Source: Demequinaceae bacterium
GTDB lineage: Bacteria > Actinomycetota > Actinomycetes > Actinomycetales > Demequinaceae
Direction of reading: 5' to 3'
DNA: 32,000 bases
Assembly: GCA_965250005.1 (NCBI GenBank)
Contig: OZ252279.1
Coordinates: 1,710,001 to 1,742,000 of the forward strand
Shown: piece after piece, positions 18,930 through 26,205 of the stretch
Position numbering within the stretch: position 1 is the first letter of the stretch
How the letters are laid out: each line of letters opens with the position of its first letter
Notes under the pieces: generated by a model
Seen by the model: only the letters and a program-made list of their open reading frames with translations
Told to the model about the DNA's origin: nothing
The model's database searches: none
Made by a program: the position numbers and the translations under genes

Positions 18930-20342
18930 CTACTTCTTGCCGCCGCCCTTGGGGTTTCGCTTGGGTGCGGCACGCTTGGTGGTCGGGCGAGCGGGAGCCT
19001 TCACATTCTTTCCGACGGGAGGCGGCTCGTCGGGCTCTGTGCCCCACGCACCCGTGTTGTCGCCCTCGAACTCTTCTTGTGCCCGTGCGGCGACTTCCGC
19101 AGTCAACGTGGGTAGCTCCGCGGTCATGTCGCTCACGCTGATGCCAAGCACGGCCTGTTCATCGGGGCGGCCGGGAAGCACGTTCTTGACGTAGGACGCC
19201 ACCGCAACCGGCATCGGCACGTCGCGTCCAGCCGCCTCCGCCAGGAACCACCGGTGGTCAAGCACCTCGTGATAGACCTGAGCCGGCTCGAGTTTCTGGC
19301 GGAACTCACGGGGGACCGCGCGCACGGTGGGCTCGAAGCAAGCCGTAAGCCATTGGTGAGCCGTGTAGCCCTCGTCCTCATCGTCGGGAGCCGTGACGGT
19401 CCGATATTCATCGAGGTCGTTGAGGAGCCGCCGGGCCTGGTTCTCCTGTACATCGAGCCCGGTGAGCCGCATCAACCGCCGCGCGTGGTGGCCAGCATCG
19501 ACAACTTTGGGACGAATCTCAAGAGCTTTGCCGTCGTCGGTCTCGTGCATGTCGAGCTCGCCGATGTCGAATCCAAGGTCGTTGAGCCCGCGCACCCGTT
19601 CGGCAATGTTCAGCGGGATGTTCGAGGCGAACGTCTCGGTCTCGGTCAGCGCCTGCCAAAGCACGTCGTAGCGCGCCTGCAGGCGGTCGGCGACCGAAGC
19701 GGGATCGACGCTCTCGTCAAGGTTCTCTTGGGCCTCCAGGTCGAACAACTCGCCCATGATGTTGGTGCGCGCCAGGTCGAGATCGTACGCGCGCTGTCCG
19801 TCGGTGAGAGCGTCGTGCATGTCGCCAGTCTCGGCGTCCACCAGATAGGCAGTGAACTCTGCCGCGTCGCGCCGAAACAGCGCGTTGGACAGCGACACAT
19901 CGCCCCAATAGAAGCCCAGCAGGTGCAGGCGAACCAGAAGCACCGCGAGCGCATCGATGAACCGTGCGACGGTTTCAGCGCGCAGCGACTGCGAGAACAG
20001 TGCGCGGTAAGGAAGCGAAAACTGCAGGTGCTCCGTGACGAGCGCGGCCTCAAGCGGCTCGCCGTCCGAGCCGACTCTCCCCGTCACCACGGCGAGCGGC
20101 ACGACGCACGGCGCGGCCAACTGGCGCAGGCGCCTCAGAAGCTGGAACTCGCGGTCGGCGATCTTGGGGCGGGTTTCCTTGACGGCGATCACCTTGTCGC
20201 CAAGTTTCACGAAACGCACCACGTGCCTGGAGATTCCGCGGGGGAGCGCCGTGACGGTGTCCTTGGGCCACTCCTCGAGCGGAATGGACCAGGGCAGTGC
20301 GATCAGCCCAGGGTCAGCAGCACCCTTGATTGTCAGCGCCAC
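18930..20342 (-). CDS. DUF4032-type protein with an N-terminal small-kinase-like (Kdo/RIO-like) fold
   Basis: 470 aa, GTG start with a GGAGGAGGG RBS. Kinase-like strings are VIAVKETRP, LVTEHLQFS, FYWGDVSLSNALFRRD and AYLVDAETGDMH. The tail is basic and K-rich. The family assignment is from memory and unverified. Confidence 0.65.
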   Translation of the reverse strand: MALTIKGAADPGLIALPWSIPLEEWPKDTVTALPRGISRHVVRFVKLGDKVIAVKETRPKIADREFQLLRRLRQLAAPCVVPLAVVTGRVGSDGEPLEAALVTEHLQFSLPYRALFSQSLRAETVARFIDALAVLLVRLHLLGFYWGDVSLSNALFRRDAAEFTAYLVDAETGDMHDALTDGQRAYDLDLARTNIMGELFDLEAQENLDESVDPASVADRLQARYDVLWQALTETETFASNIPLNIAERVRGLNDLGFDIGELDMHETDDGKALEIRPKVVDAGHHARRLMRLTGLDVQENQARRLLNDLDEYRTVTAPDDEDEGYTAHQWLTACFEPTVRAVPREFRQKLEPAQVYHEVLDHRWFLAEAAGRDVPMPVAVASYVKNVLPGRPDEQAVLGISVSDMTAELPTLTAEVAARAQEEFEGDNTGAWGTEPDEPPPVGKNVKAPARPTTKRAAPKRNPKGGGKK

Positions 20343-20401
20343 ATTCCCTCCTCCGTCGCGGCCAGGTGGCCACCTTCGCCATCGTACCGGCGCAAGAATG
20401 C

Positions 20402-20435
20402 CAAGGGCGGGTCAACCGAAGTCGACCCGCCCTTG
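20402..20435 (-). terminator. Intrinsic-terminator-like hairpin downstream of the sugar ABC ATPase gene
   Basis: 12-bp perfect inverted repeat CAAGGGCGGGTC / GACCCGCCCTTG with a 10-nt loop, starting 25 nt after the stop codon. On the transcribed strand only a weak U-rich stretch follows. Confidence 0.55.
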
Positions 20436-20459
20436 AACAGCAGCAGCAGTGCTTGGCGC

Positions 20460-21617
20460 CTACTTCTTCTTGGCGCGCGATTTGGTCGCCGGGGCCGCGA
20501 GGCGCTTACCCGTGGAGGCCGAGAACGTGTGCTGCTCGCCCTTGCGAATGGTGACCCAGATGGTGTCGCCTGCCTTGGGCACATCGCGCGGGTCGATGCG
20601 CACGATCATCTTCGCGTCGCCTGCGGCAAAGTGTAGGTCGCTGGCTTCGCCGAACTCGTTCGGAACCGTGCCGTAGACAAAGGCGTCCGAGCCGAGCTCT
20701 TCGACAAGGTCAACCTCGATCGGGATGGCACCGTCTGCGTTCGGCGTGGCACGGTCGAGCGCTTCGGGACGCAAGCCAAGCACGACGTGGTTCTTGTCTT
20801 CGGCTTTAAGTGCCGCGACGGCCTCTCGCGTGAGCGGGACCTTGGCGCGGCCAATCTGGGCTGCGCCGTCGAACACCTGGAAGGTCCCAAGGTTCATTGC
20901 GGGCGAACCGATGAAGCCAGCGACAAAGGCGTTTGCTGGGACGTCATACATTTCACGCGGCGTTCCGACCTGCTGGAGGACGCCATCCTTGAGGACCGCG
21001 ATGCGGTCACCCATGGTGAGGGCCTCGACCTGGTCGTGTGTGACGTACACGGTGGTGGTGCCCAGGCGGCGCTGGAGAGCAGCGATTTGGGTGCGAGTCT
21101 GAACGCGCAGTTTGGCGTCGAGGTTCGACAGCGGCTCGTCCATGAGGAACACCTGAGGTTGGCGCACGATAGCGCGACCCATGGCAACGCGCTGGCGCTG
21201 ACCACCGGACAGCGCGCGTGGGCGGCGGTCTAGGTATTCCGTGAGGTCAAGAAGCTTGGCGGCGGCTTCGACGCGCTCGCGTTGCTCTTGCTTGTCGACA
21301 CCGGCAATCTTGAGCGCGAAGCCCATGTTGTCGGCGACAGTCATGTGGGGATACAGCGCGTAGGACTGGAACACCATTGCGATGTCACGGTCCTTGGGCT
21401 GAACGTGGGTGACGTCGCGGTCGCCCACCAAGATCGAGCCTTCGTCGATGTCCTCAAGGCCTGCGAGCATTCGCAGTGAGGTTGACTTTCCACAACCCGA
21501 CGGACCAACGAGGACGAGAAACTCGCCGTCCTCAATCTTGATGTCAAGTTTGTTTACCGCGGGGCGTTCAGTGCCGGGGTAAATCCGCGTGGCCTTGTCG
21601 AATGTAACGGTTGCCAT
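20460..21617 (-). CDS. Sugar ABC transporter ATP-binding protein (MalK/UgpC/MsiK family), stand-alone
   Basis: Trimmed to the ATG at 21617 (GGAGG RBS; MATVTFDKATRIYPG...). Walker [24 protein letters not shown] and FLMDEPLSNLD, plus a MalK-type C-terminal regulatory/TOBE domain. There are no adjacent permease genes. Confidence 0.9.
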   Translation of the reverse strand: MATVTFDKATRIYPGTERPAVNKLDIKIEDGEFLVLVGPSGCGKSTSLRMLAGLEDIDEGSILVGDRDVTHVQPKDRDIAMVFQSYALYPHMTVADNMGFALKIAGVDKQEQRERVEAAAKLLDLTEYLDRRPRALSGGQRQRVAMGRAIVRQPQVFLMDEPLSNLDAKLRVQTRTQIAALQRRLGTTTVYVTHDQVEALTMGDRIAVLKDGVLQQVGTPREMYDVPANAFVAGFIGSPAMNLGTFQVFDGAAQIGRAKVPLTREAVAALKAEDKNHVVLGLRPEALDRATPNADGAIPIEVDLVEELGSDAFVYGTVPNEFGEASDLHFAAGDAKMIVRIDPRDVPKAGDTIWVTIRKGEQHTFSASTGKRLAAPATKSRAKKK

Positions 21618-21664
21618 GTTGTTGCCTCCACCGACAGGTACGTGTCGGACGATCCGAAGTGAAG

Positions 21665-21693
21665 AGTGACGATGTGGTGACCACATCGTCACT
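21665..21693. promoter_or_regulatory. Perfect 29-bp palindrome AGTGACGATGTGGT-G-ACCACATCGTCACT in the ATPase/kinase divergent region
   Basis: It has 14-bp arms around a single central base, all 14 pairs checked by hand. It lies 48 bp upstream of the ATPase ATG and 94 bp upstream of the kinase start. It could be an operator or a leader RNA hairpin. Confidence 0.5.
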
Positions 21694-21786
21694 GCCGCCA
21701 CAGGCGTGACGGCTCACTCATGATGCCACAGGTTGCTCGCACGTTGAACTTGAGTTACGGGGCAATTTGCATTTTCGGACGGTACG

Positions 21787-23307
21787 GTGCTTGTCATGAG
21801 CAAAGCGGTTGAGGAGCCAGGGGTTGTCATCGGTGGTTACACGGTTCTTGGCACCCTGGGCAAGGGCGGATCGGGCAATGTCTATCACGTCGAGAACGCC
21901 GGCGGGATCGATGGCGCGCTCAAGTTGATCGACGATCCGTCGGACGACGCCGCCGTCGCTCGACTGCGCCGCGAGGTCGAGTCGCTCAAGACGCTGCACC
22001 ACCACGCAGTGCCCGCCGTGCTTGACGCCGAGTTCGACGGCGATCAGAAGTTCGTGGTCTACCAATTCGTCGAGGGACAGACGCTCACGGCCTACATCGC
22101 CGAGTACGGCCCGCTCCGCGACAGCGAACTTGCCGAGTTCGCGGCGACTCTCGAGGACGCGCTAGAGGCCGTGCATCGCGAGGGCGTTGTACACCGCGAC
22201 GTCACGCCAGCGAACGTGATGATGAACTCTCGGGGACCCATGCTTATCGACTTTGGTCTGTCTCAGCTTATGGGGGACGACCGGCTGACCCGAACTGGGC
22301 TTGTGAGCGGCACCGTCGGCTACGTTGCGCCGGAGGTAATTGATGGCGGGGAGCCAGACAAGACCGCCGACCTGTGGTCGTGGGCTGCGGTGGTCGCCTT
22401 TGCTGCGATGGGCGCGTCGCCCTTTGGGCACGGCAAAGGTGCGCTGCGCCGAACTCTTGAAGGTAAAGCGGAACTACCGAGCATCCAGGGAGCCGACGAA
22501 CTCGCTGCGGCGCTGAGCCCCAATCTCGGCTCCCGACCCGCACCGAACGTGGTGGTGGCCGCACTACGCGGAATGGGAGACGGGCTCGGAACTGAAGAGA
22601 TGTACGCGCCGTCACCTGAGCGTCGCAAGGCCCGCAAGGTCGTTCCCACGACGGTGATGGAAACCGAGGACTCCGGGATCGAGTGGGACGATACGGACGA
22701 ACTCCCCGAGATCGCCGAATCCCGGTCGTCGGTTATCGGGACGTGGGCCGTGGCGCTCGCGTTGGCCGCGGCGATTGCGCCGCTCGTGGCGTTCTTCAGC
22801 ATGGCGGGCCTAGCCGTGATGGGCCGCGCCGAGCATCGTCGCGTAGCGGGTCTTTCCGCAGCCAGAGCTAAGCGTGGCGAGCGCCGTCGAGACACCGCTT
22901 TGGTGAACGCCAGCGTGCCGTGGTTCCTGCTCAGGTCGACGGCAGAAGTGCTCCCTGCGGGAATACTGGCGGTTGTCGTTGGGGGCGCGTGGGCAGGTTT
23001 CTGGTGGTGGTTAGTGAGTTCGGAACGTCTCGTAATTGTCGAGGGCGAAGCGGGAGTGCTCTGGGGCGAGGCGGTCGCACTGGCGACGGCAGGCGCGGGC
23101 GCGATGGCGCTGTTGTGGTGGGGACCATTGTCTGGAGCGACGCGCGACGGGGTGAGGCGCGGAGCTCTGCTGATTTCCGGATCCGAGACGGCCCGGCGCG
23201 GTTGGATTGCGCTCGCCGTAATCCTCATCGGCGCGTTGGGGGTGGCCATCGGGCTGCAGGCGGAGCCATGGACGTGGCCGCTACCGCCCTTGCCGGATTC
23301 CCACTAG
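21787..23307 (+). CDS. Membrane-bound Hanks-type Ser/Thr protein kinase with a polytopic C-terminal domain
   Basis: 506 aa. Contains GKGGSGNVY, ALKLI, HRDVTPANVMM, DFGLS, GTVGYVAPE and DLWSW. Hydrophobic segments follow from about residue 315 onward. The start could be GTG 21787 or ATG 21796. Confidence 0.85.
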   Translation: MLVMSKAVEEPGVVIGGYTVLGTLGKGGSGNVYHVENAGGIDGALKLIDDPSDDAAVARLRREVESLKTLHHHAVPAVLDAEFDGDQKFVVYQFVEGQTLTAYIAEYGPLRDSELAEFAATLEDALEAVHREGVVHRDVTPANVMMNSRGPMLIDFGLSQLMGDDRLTRTGLVSGTVGYVAPEVIDGGEPDKTADLWSWAAVVAFAAMGASPFGHGKGALRRTLEGKAELPSIQGADELAAALSPNLGSRPAPNVVVAALRGMGDGLGTEEMYAPSPERRKARKVVPTTVMETEDSGIEWDDTDELPEIAESRSSVIGTWAVALALAAAIAPLVAFFSMAGLAVMGRAEHRRVAGLSAARAKRGERRRDTALVNASVPWFLLRSTAEVLPAGILAVVVGGAWAGFWWWLVSSERLVIVEGEAGVLWGEAVALATAGAGAMALLWWGPLSGATRDGVRRGALLISGSETARRGWIALAVILIGALGVAIGLQAEPWTWPLPPLPDSH

Positions 23308-23331
23308 AGGGGCACCTCGATCGTGCCCCTC
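23307..23331 (+). terminator. Hairpin directly after the kinase stop (GAGGGGCAC-N7-GTGCCCCTC)
   Basis: 9-bp perfect stem with a 7-nt loop, overlapping the last base of the TAG stop. There is no clear U-tract. Confidence 0.45.
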
Positions 23332-23456
23332 GCGCCTCCGACCTCTGAGTCTCTGAAACGGGCCCAACGTCCCGAGAGCGACGCGGCCGGGAGCCTCTAG
23401 GATGAGTCGGATGCCCGTAGGGACTATTTGCAAACCGCCATGGGGAGGAACACAGG

Positions 23457-23939
23457 TTGTTCACCAAAGACCGGTTCGAGGCGGCGCAGCCGTGGCTCTC
23501 CCTTGTTGTGCGGCTCGCAGCCGCTGTCATCATGATTTGGGCCGGGTTCGCCAAACTCCAGGACCTGCCCGCAAGCGTTCGCGCTGTGCGGGCGTACGAA
23601 CTCGTTCCAGAGACGTTTGTTCCGCTCATAGGCAATTCGCTTCCATTCGTAGAGATTCTTGTGGGCTTCTTCCTGCTCTTTGGACTGCTGACGCGGGCGA
23701 CGGCGATCGCGTACATGGCGATGCTAGTCGGCTTCCTGATCGGGCTGGTATGGGCTTGGTCGCACGGACTCAACATTGACTGCGGCTGCTTTGGCGGGGG
23801 CGGAGAACTGGCCGAAGGCGAGGCCGACTATGCGGGCCACCTGATCGAGAGGCTCGGCTTCATGGCACTCGGCACCTGGCTCATCATTTGGCCCCGCAGC
23901 AAGTTCTCAGCGGACGGATGGCTCCGGCCAGCAAGCTAG
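23457..23939 (+). CDS. MauE/DoxX-family redox-associated membrane protein
   Basis: 160 aa, TTG start 8 nt after GGAGG. It has four hydrophobic segments and the DCGCFGGGG motif characteristic of MauE-type proteins. Confidence 0.7.
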   Translation: MFTKDRFEAAQPWLSLVVRLAAAVIMIWAGFAKLQDLPASVRAVRAYELVPETFVPLIGNSLPFVEILVGFFLLFGLLTRATAIAYMAMLVGFLIGLVWAWSHGLNIDCGCFGGGGELAEGEADYAGHLIERLGFMALGTWLIIWPRSKFSADGWLRPAS

Positions 23940-23987
23940 CGGACCGCAGATAAGATGGCACCAGCAAATCCAGACTGGACGGGGTAG

Positions 23988-24845
23988 ATGACGATGGCGA
24001 ACAAGGCGAAGAACAAGGCCGCATCAGCAGCGGCGCGGCAGCGAGCCGCAGAACTGGCAGCGAGCGAGAAGCGCAAGAGTGCGCTCGTCGTCACCTTCAC
24101 GGTTGTAGGCGCGCTGTTGGCAGTGGCGCTGATCGTGTGGGCCGTCATGTTCATCATGGGCAGCAAGCCCGGTCAGGTCGCGGGGCTAGACGTCGAACTC
24201 TACGATTCAGGCGTGGTGACCGTGCCTTCTTCGGCAGACGAGACGGGAGGCTTCGTTGTGGGGATGACGGGCATTGTTGGGCAGGATCTCCCGGCCGAAG
24301 GCACGGTCCGCGTCGACATCTACGAAGACTTCATGTGCCCCAATTGCGCCACCCTGGAACGAGTGACGCACTTTGACATTGAAGAGCTCCGTGAGCAGGG
24401 ACTCATCACAGTCGCGTACCACCCGATCTCGATCCTCAACCGCTTCTCTGAGGGAACCGCATATCCGACGCGCGCCGCACAGGCGTTGGCAACAGTCGCG
24501 GAATATGACCCCGAGCACTTTGACGAGTTCTCACTTCAACTATTCGGGAACCAGCCCGCAGAGAACACCATTGGCTTGACCAACACAGAGATCGACAATT
24601 TTGCTCGTGCCGCTGGCGTGAGCGAGGAAGCGATTCTGAAAATTCGTGATGGCGAGTTCACTCGATGGGTGGCGCAGGCGACGGAGGCGTCCTCGATCGC
24701 GGGAGTCCGCGGGACCCCGACGATCTTGTTCGACGGCGCTCCAGTTTCGCCGGAGTGGTGGGTAGAAGGCCAACTTCGCGCGGCCATTGAGGACTTCATT
24801 GACTTCAAGGCGCTCGATGACGCGTTGGAGGAAGACGCCGCCTAG
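23988..24845 (+). CDS. Membrane-anchored DsbA-family thiol:disulfide oxidoreductase
   Basis: 285 aa. A basic N-terminus and one TM helix are followed by a thioredoxin-fold domain with the CPNC active site (IYEDFMCPNCATLE) and a C-terminal GVRGTPT cis-Pro loop. Confidence 0.8.
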   Translation: MTMANKAKNKAASAAARQRAAELAASEKRKSALVVTFTVVGALLAVALIVWAVMFIMGSKPGQVAGLDVELYDSGVVTVPSSADETGGFVVGMTGIVGQDLPAEGTVRVDIYEDFMCPNCATLERVTHFDIEELREQGLITVAYHPISILNRFSEGTAYPTRAAQALATVAEYDPEHFDEFSLQLFGNQPAENTIGLTNTEIDNFARAAGVSEEAILKIRDGEFTRWVAQATEASSIAGVRGTPTILFDGAPVSPEWWVEGQLRAAIEDFIDFKALDDALEEDAA

Positions 24846-24917
24846 CCCTCGCGATTTTCGCGTGCTCTGAGTGAGGCATACTGTTTGCAATGCCGCGCGC
24901 TCGCGCGCACGGACCCC

Positions 24918-24990
24918 GCTGGCATGGCGCAATTGGTAGCGCACCCGTCTTGTAAACGGGAGGTTGCGGGTTCAAGTCCCGCTGCCAGCT
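24918..24990 (+). tRNA. tRNA-Thr (anticodon UGU)
   Basis: Hand-folded cloverleaf. Acceptor GCTGGCA/TGCCAGC, D stem GCGC/GCGC, anticodon stem CCCGT/ACGGG with loop CTTGTAA, variable loop AGGTT, T stem GCGGG/CCCGC with loop TTCAAGT, discriminator T. 73 nt, with no encoded CCA. Confidence 0.9.
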
Positions 24991-25215
24991 CAAGTGCGAT
25001 AGGGGCTTTTACCAGGCCGAATGTCTCTGACGTACCCCATTAAATGGGGGCGATCGTGTCGTCCCCCGCACTTATGGGGCAGAAACCGCGTCATAATTGG
25101 CTACCACCCCTCTCTCATGTAGTAACGGCAAACAGCCGATAGTACAATCCAAAGGCGGATGCGAGAGTCACTCGCTCCCGCAACGCTCCAAGCAAGTCTC
25201 GAAAGGAACATCATT

Positions 25216-25614
25216 ATGACCACGCGAAAGAAGAAGAATTCGCGCAAGTCCCTGGCCATCGCACTCGGCATCGTCGGCGTCGCAGGCCTGAGCATGGCAT
25301 CTGCCGCTCAGCTCTCTGTAACGTCCAATGACGTCTCAGCAGGAACGGCGGATGTCGTTTCGTGTGACACCGACGGCGTCACCGTCTCGTACACCACCGC
25401 GTTTGCGGCAACCCAGTACGAGGTTTCGGACATTGATGTTACCGGCGTGGCCGCGGCTTGTGTAGGCGACACGATTTCCATCACCGTTCGCAACAGTGGC
25501 GGCACGACAATCTTCACCGGCTCGCAGGTCGTTTCGGGCACGACAGAGTCGTTTGGCAGCGTTGATGTAGCTGCTGAAGATGTCGAGGATGTGGATGTAG
25601 CAATCTTCCAGTAG
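25216..25614 (+). CDS. Small exported protein with a SipW-dependent (TasA/camelysin-like) signal peptide
   Basis: 132 aa from the ATG at 25216 (GAAAGGA RBS 9 nt upstream; the longer ORF from 25159 lacks a usable RBS). It has a K-rich n-region (MTTRKKKNSRK), an h-region and ASA, then AQLSVTSNDVSAGTADV. That layout echoes the TasA mature N-terminus (...ATFASGTLDL). Confidence 0.7.
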   Translation: MTTRKKKNSRKSLAIALGIVGVAGLSMASAAQLSVTSNDVSAGTADVVSCDTDGVTVSYTTAFAATQYEVSDIDVTGVAAACVGDTISITVRNSGGTTIFTGSQVVSGTTESFGSVDVAAEDVEDVDVAIFQ

Positions 25615-25635
25615 GCAATTGCGAGTGGAACACTC

Positions 25636-26205
25636 ATGATTCGGCATGCGACGAGTACCGGTGTGAAGAACTCACGCCGGTATTTGTCGTTGCTGGGCAA
25701 CTTGTTGCTTTGGGCCGTGATCCTGGTTGATGCGTGGTTCTTGTGGCCCACCGCTCTCGGCGGCGCCACGTCGCTGGTGATTGTCTCGGGAAATTCGATG
25801 TTCCCGACGTATGAGGACGGCGACCTGGTGGTCGCGAGGGTGGGCGAACCCTCAGTAGGAGATGTCGTTGTGTACTCCCCCGAAATGCTGGGAGGAGCGC
25901 GCGTGGTCCACCGCATCGTCGGTGGCAACGCAGACGACGGGTGGGAGATCCAAGGCGACGCCAATTCGTATGCGGACCAGTGGCGTCCAGGAAACGACGA
26001 AATTGTTGGCGTGGTCGAGCTTCACTACGCACGCGTAGGGCTGTTCGCGACACTCCTGATGACCCCGTGGACCTGGGGATTTGTGTTGCTCGCAGCCGTG
26101 GGGTTGATCTTGTGGCCCGATGATCACGACGACGAAGATGGGGCCGCGCCGGTCGCTGCGCGACAAGAAGGGGCACCACTTGCGTCGGTGAGCCCGCGCA
26201 CATGA
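25636..26205 (+). CDS. Signal peptidase I, ER/archaeal (SipW) type
   Basis: 189 aa. An N-terminal TM segment is followed by SGNSMFPTYEDGDLV (catalytic Ser), VVHRIVGG (His where bacterial P-type enzymes have Lys) and QGDANSYAD (GDNN-like box). There is a C-terminal TM segment and an acidic tail. Confidence 0.85.
   Translation: MIRHATSTGVKNSRRYLSLLGNLLLWAVILVDAWFLWPTALGGATSLVIVSGNSMFPTYEDGDLVVARVGEPSVGDVVVYSPEMLGGARVVHRIVGGNADDGWEIQGDANSYADQWRPGNDEIVGVVELHYARVGLFATLLMTPWTWGFVLLAAVGLILWPDDHDDEDGAAPVAARQEGAPLASVSPRT

Noticed and set aside
25159-25215. Upstream ATG (25159) as the start of the first cassette protein
   Set aside because: It would put 19 non-signal residues before the K-rich n-region, and it has essentially no spacing between the AAGGCGG purine run and the ATG. 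The ATG at 25216 has GAAAGGA at a normal distance.
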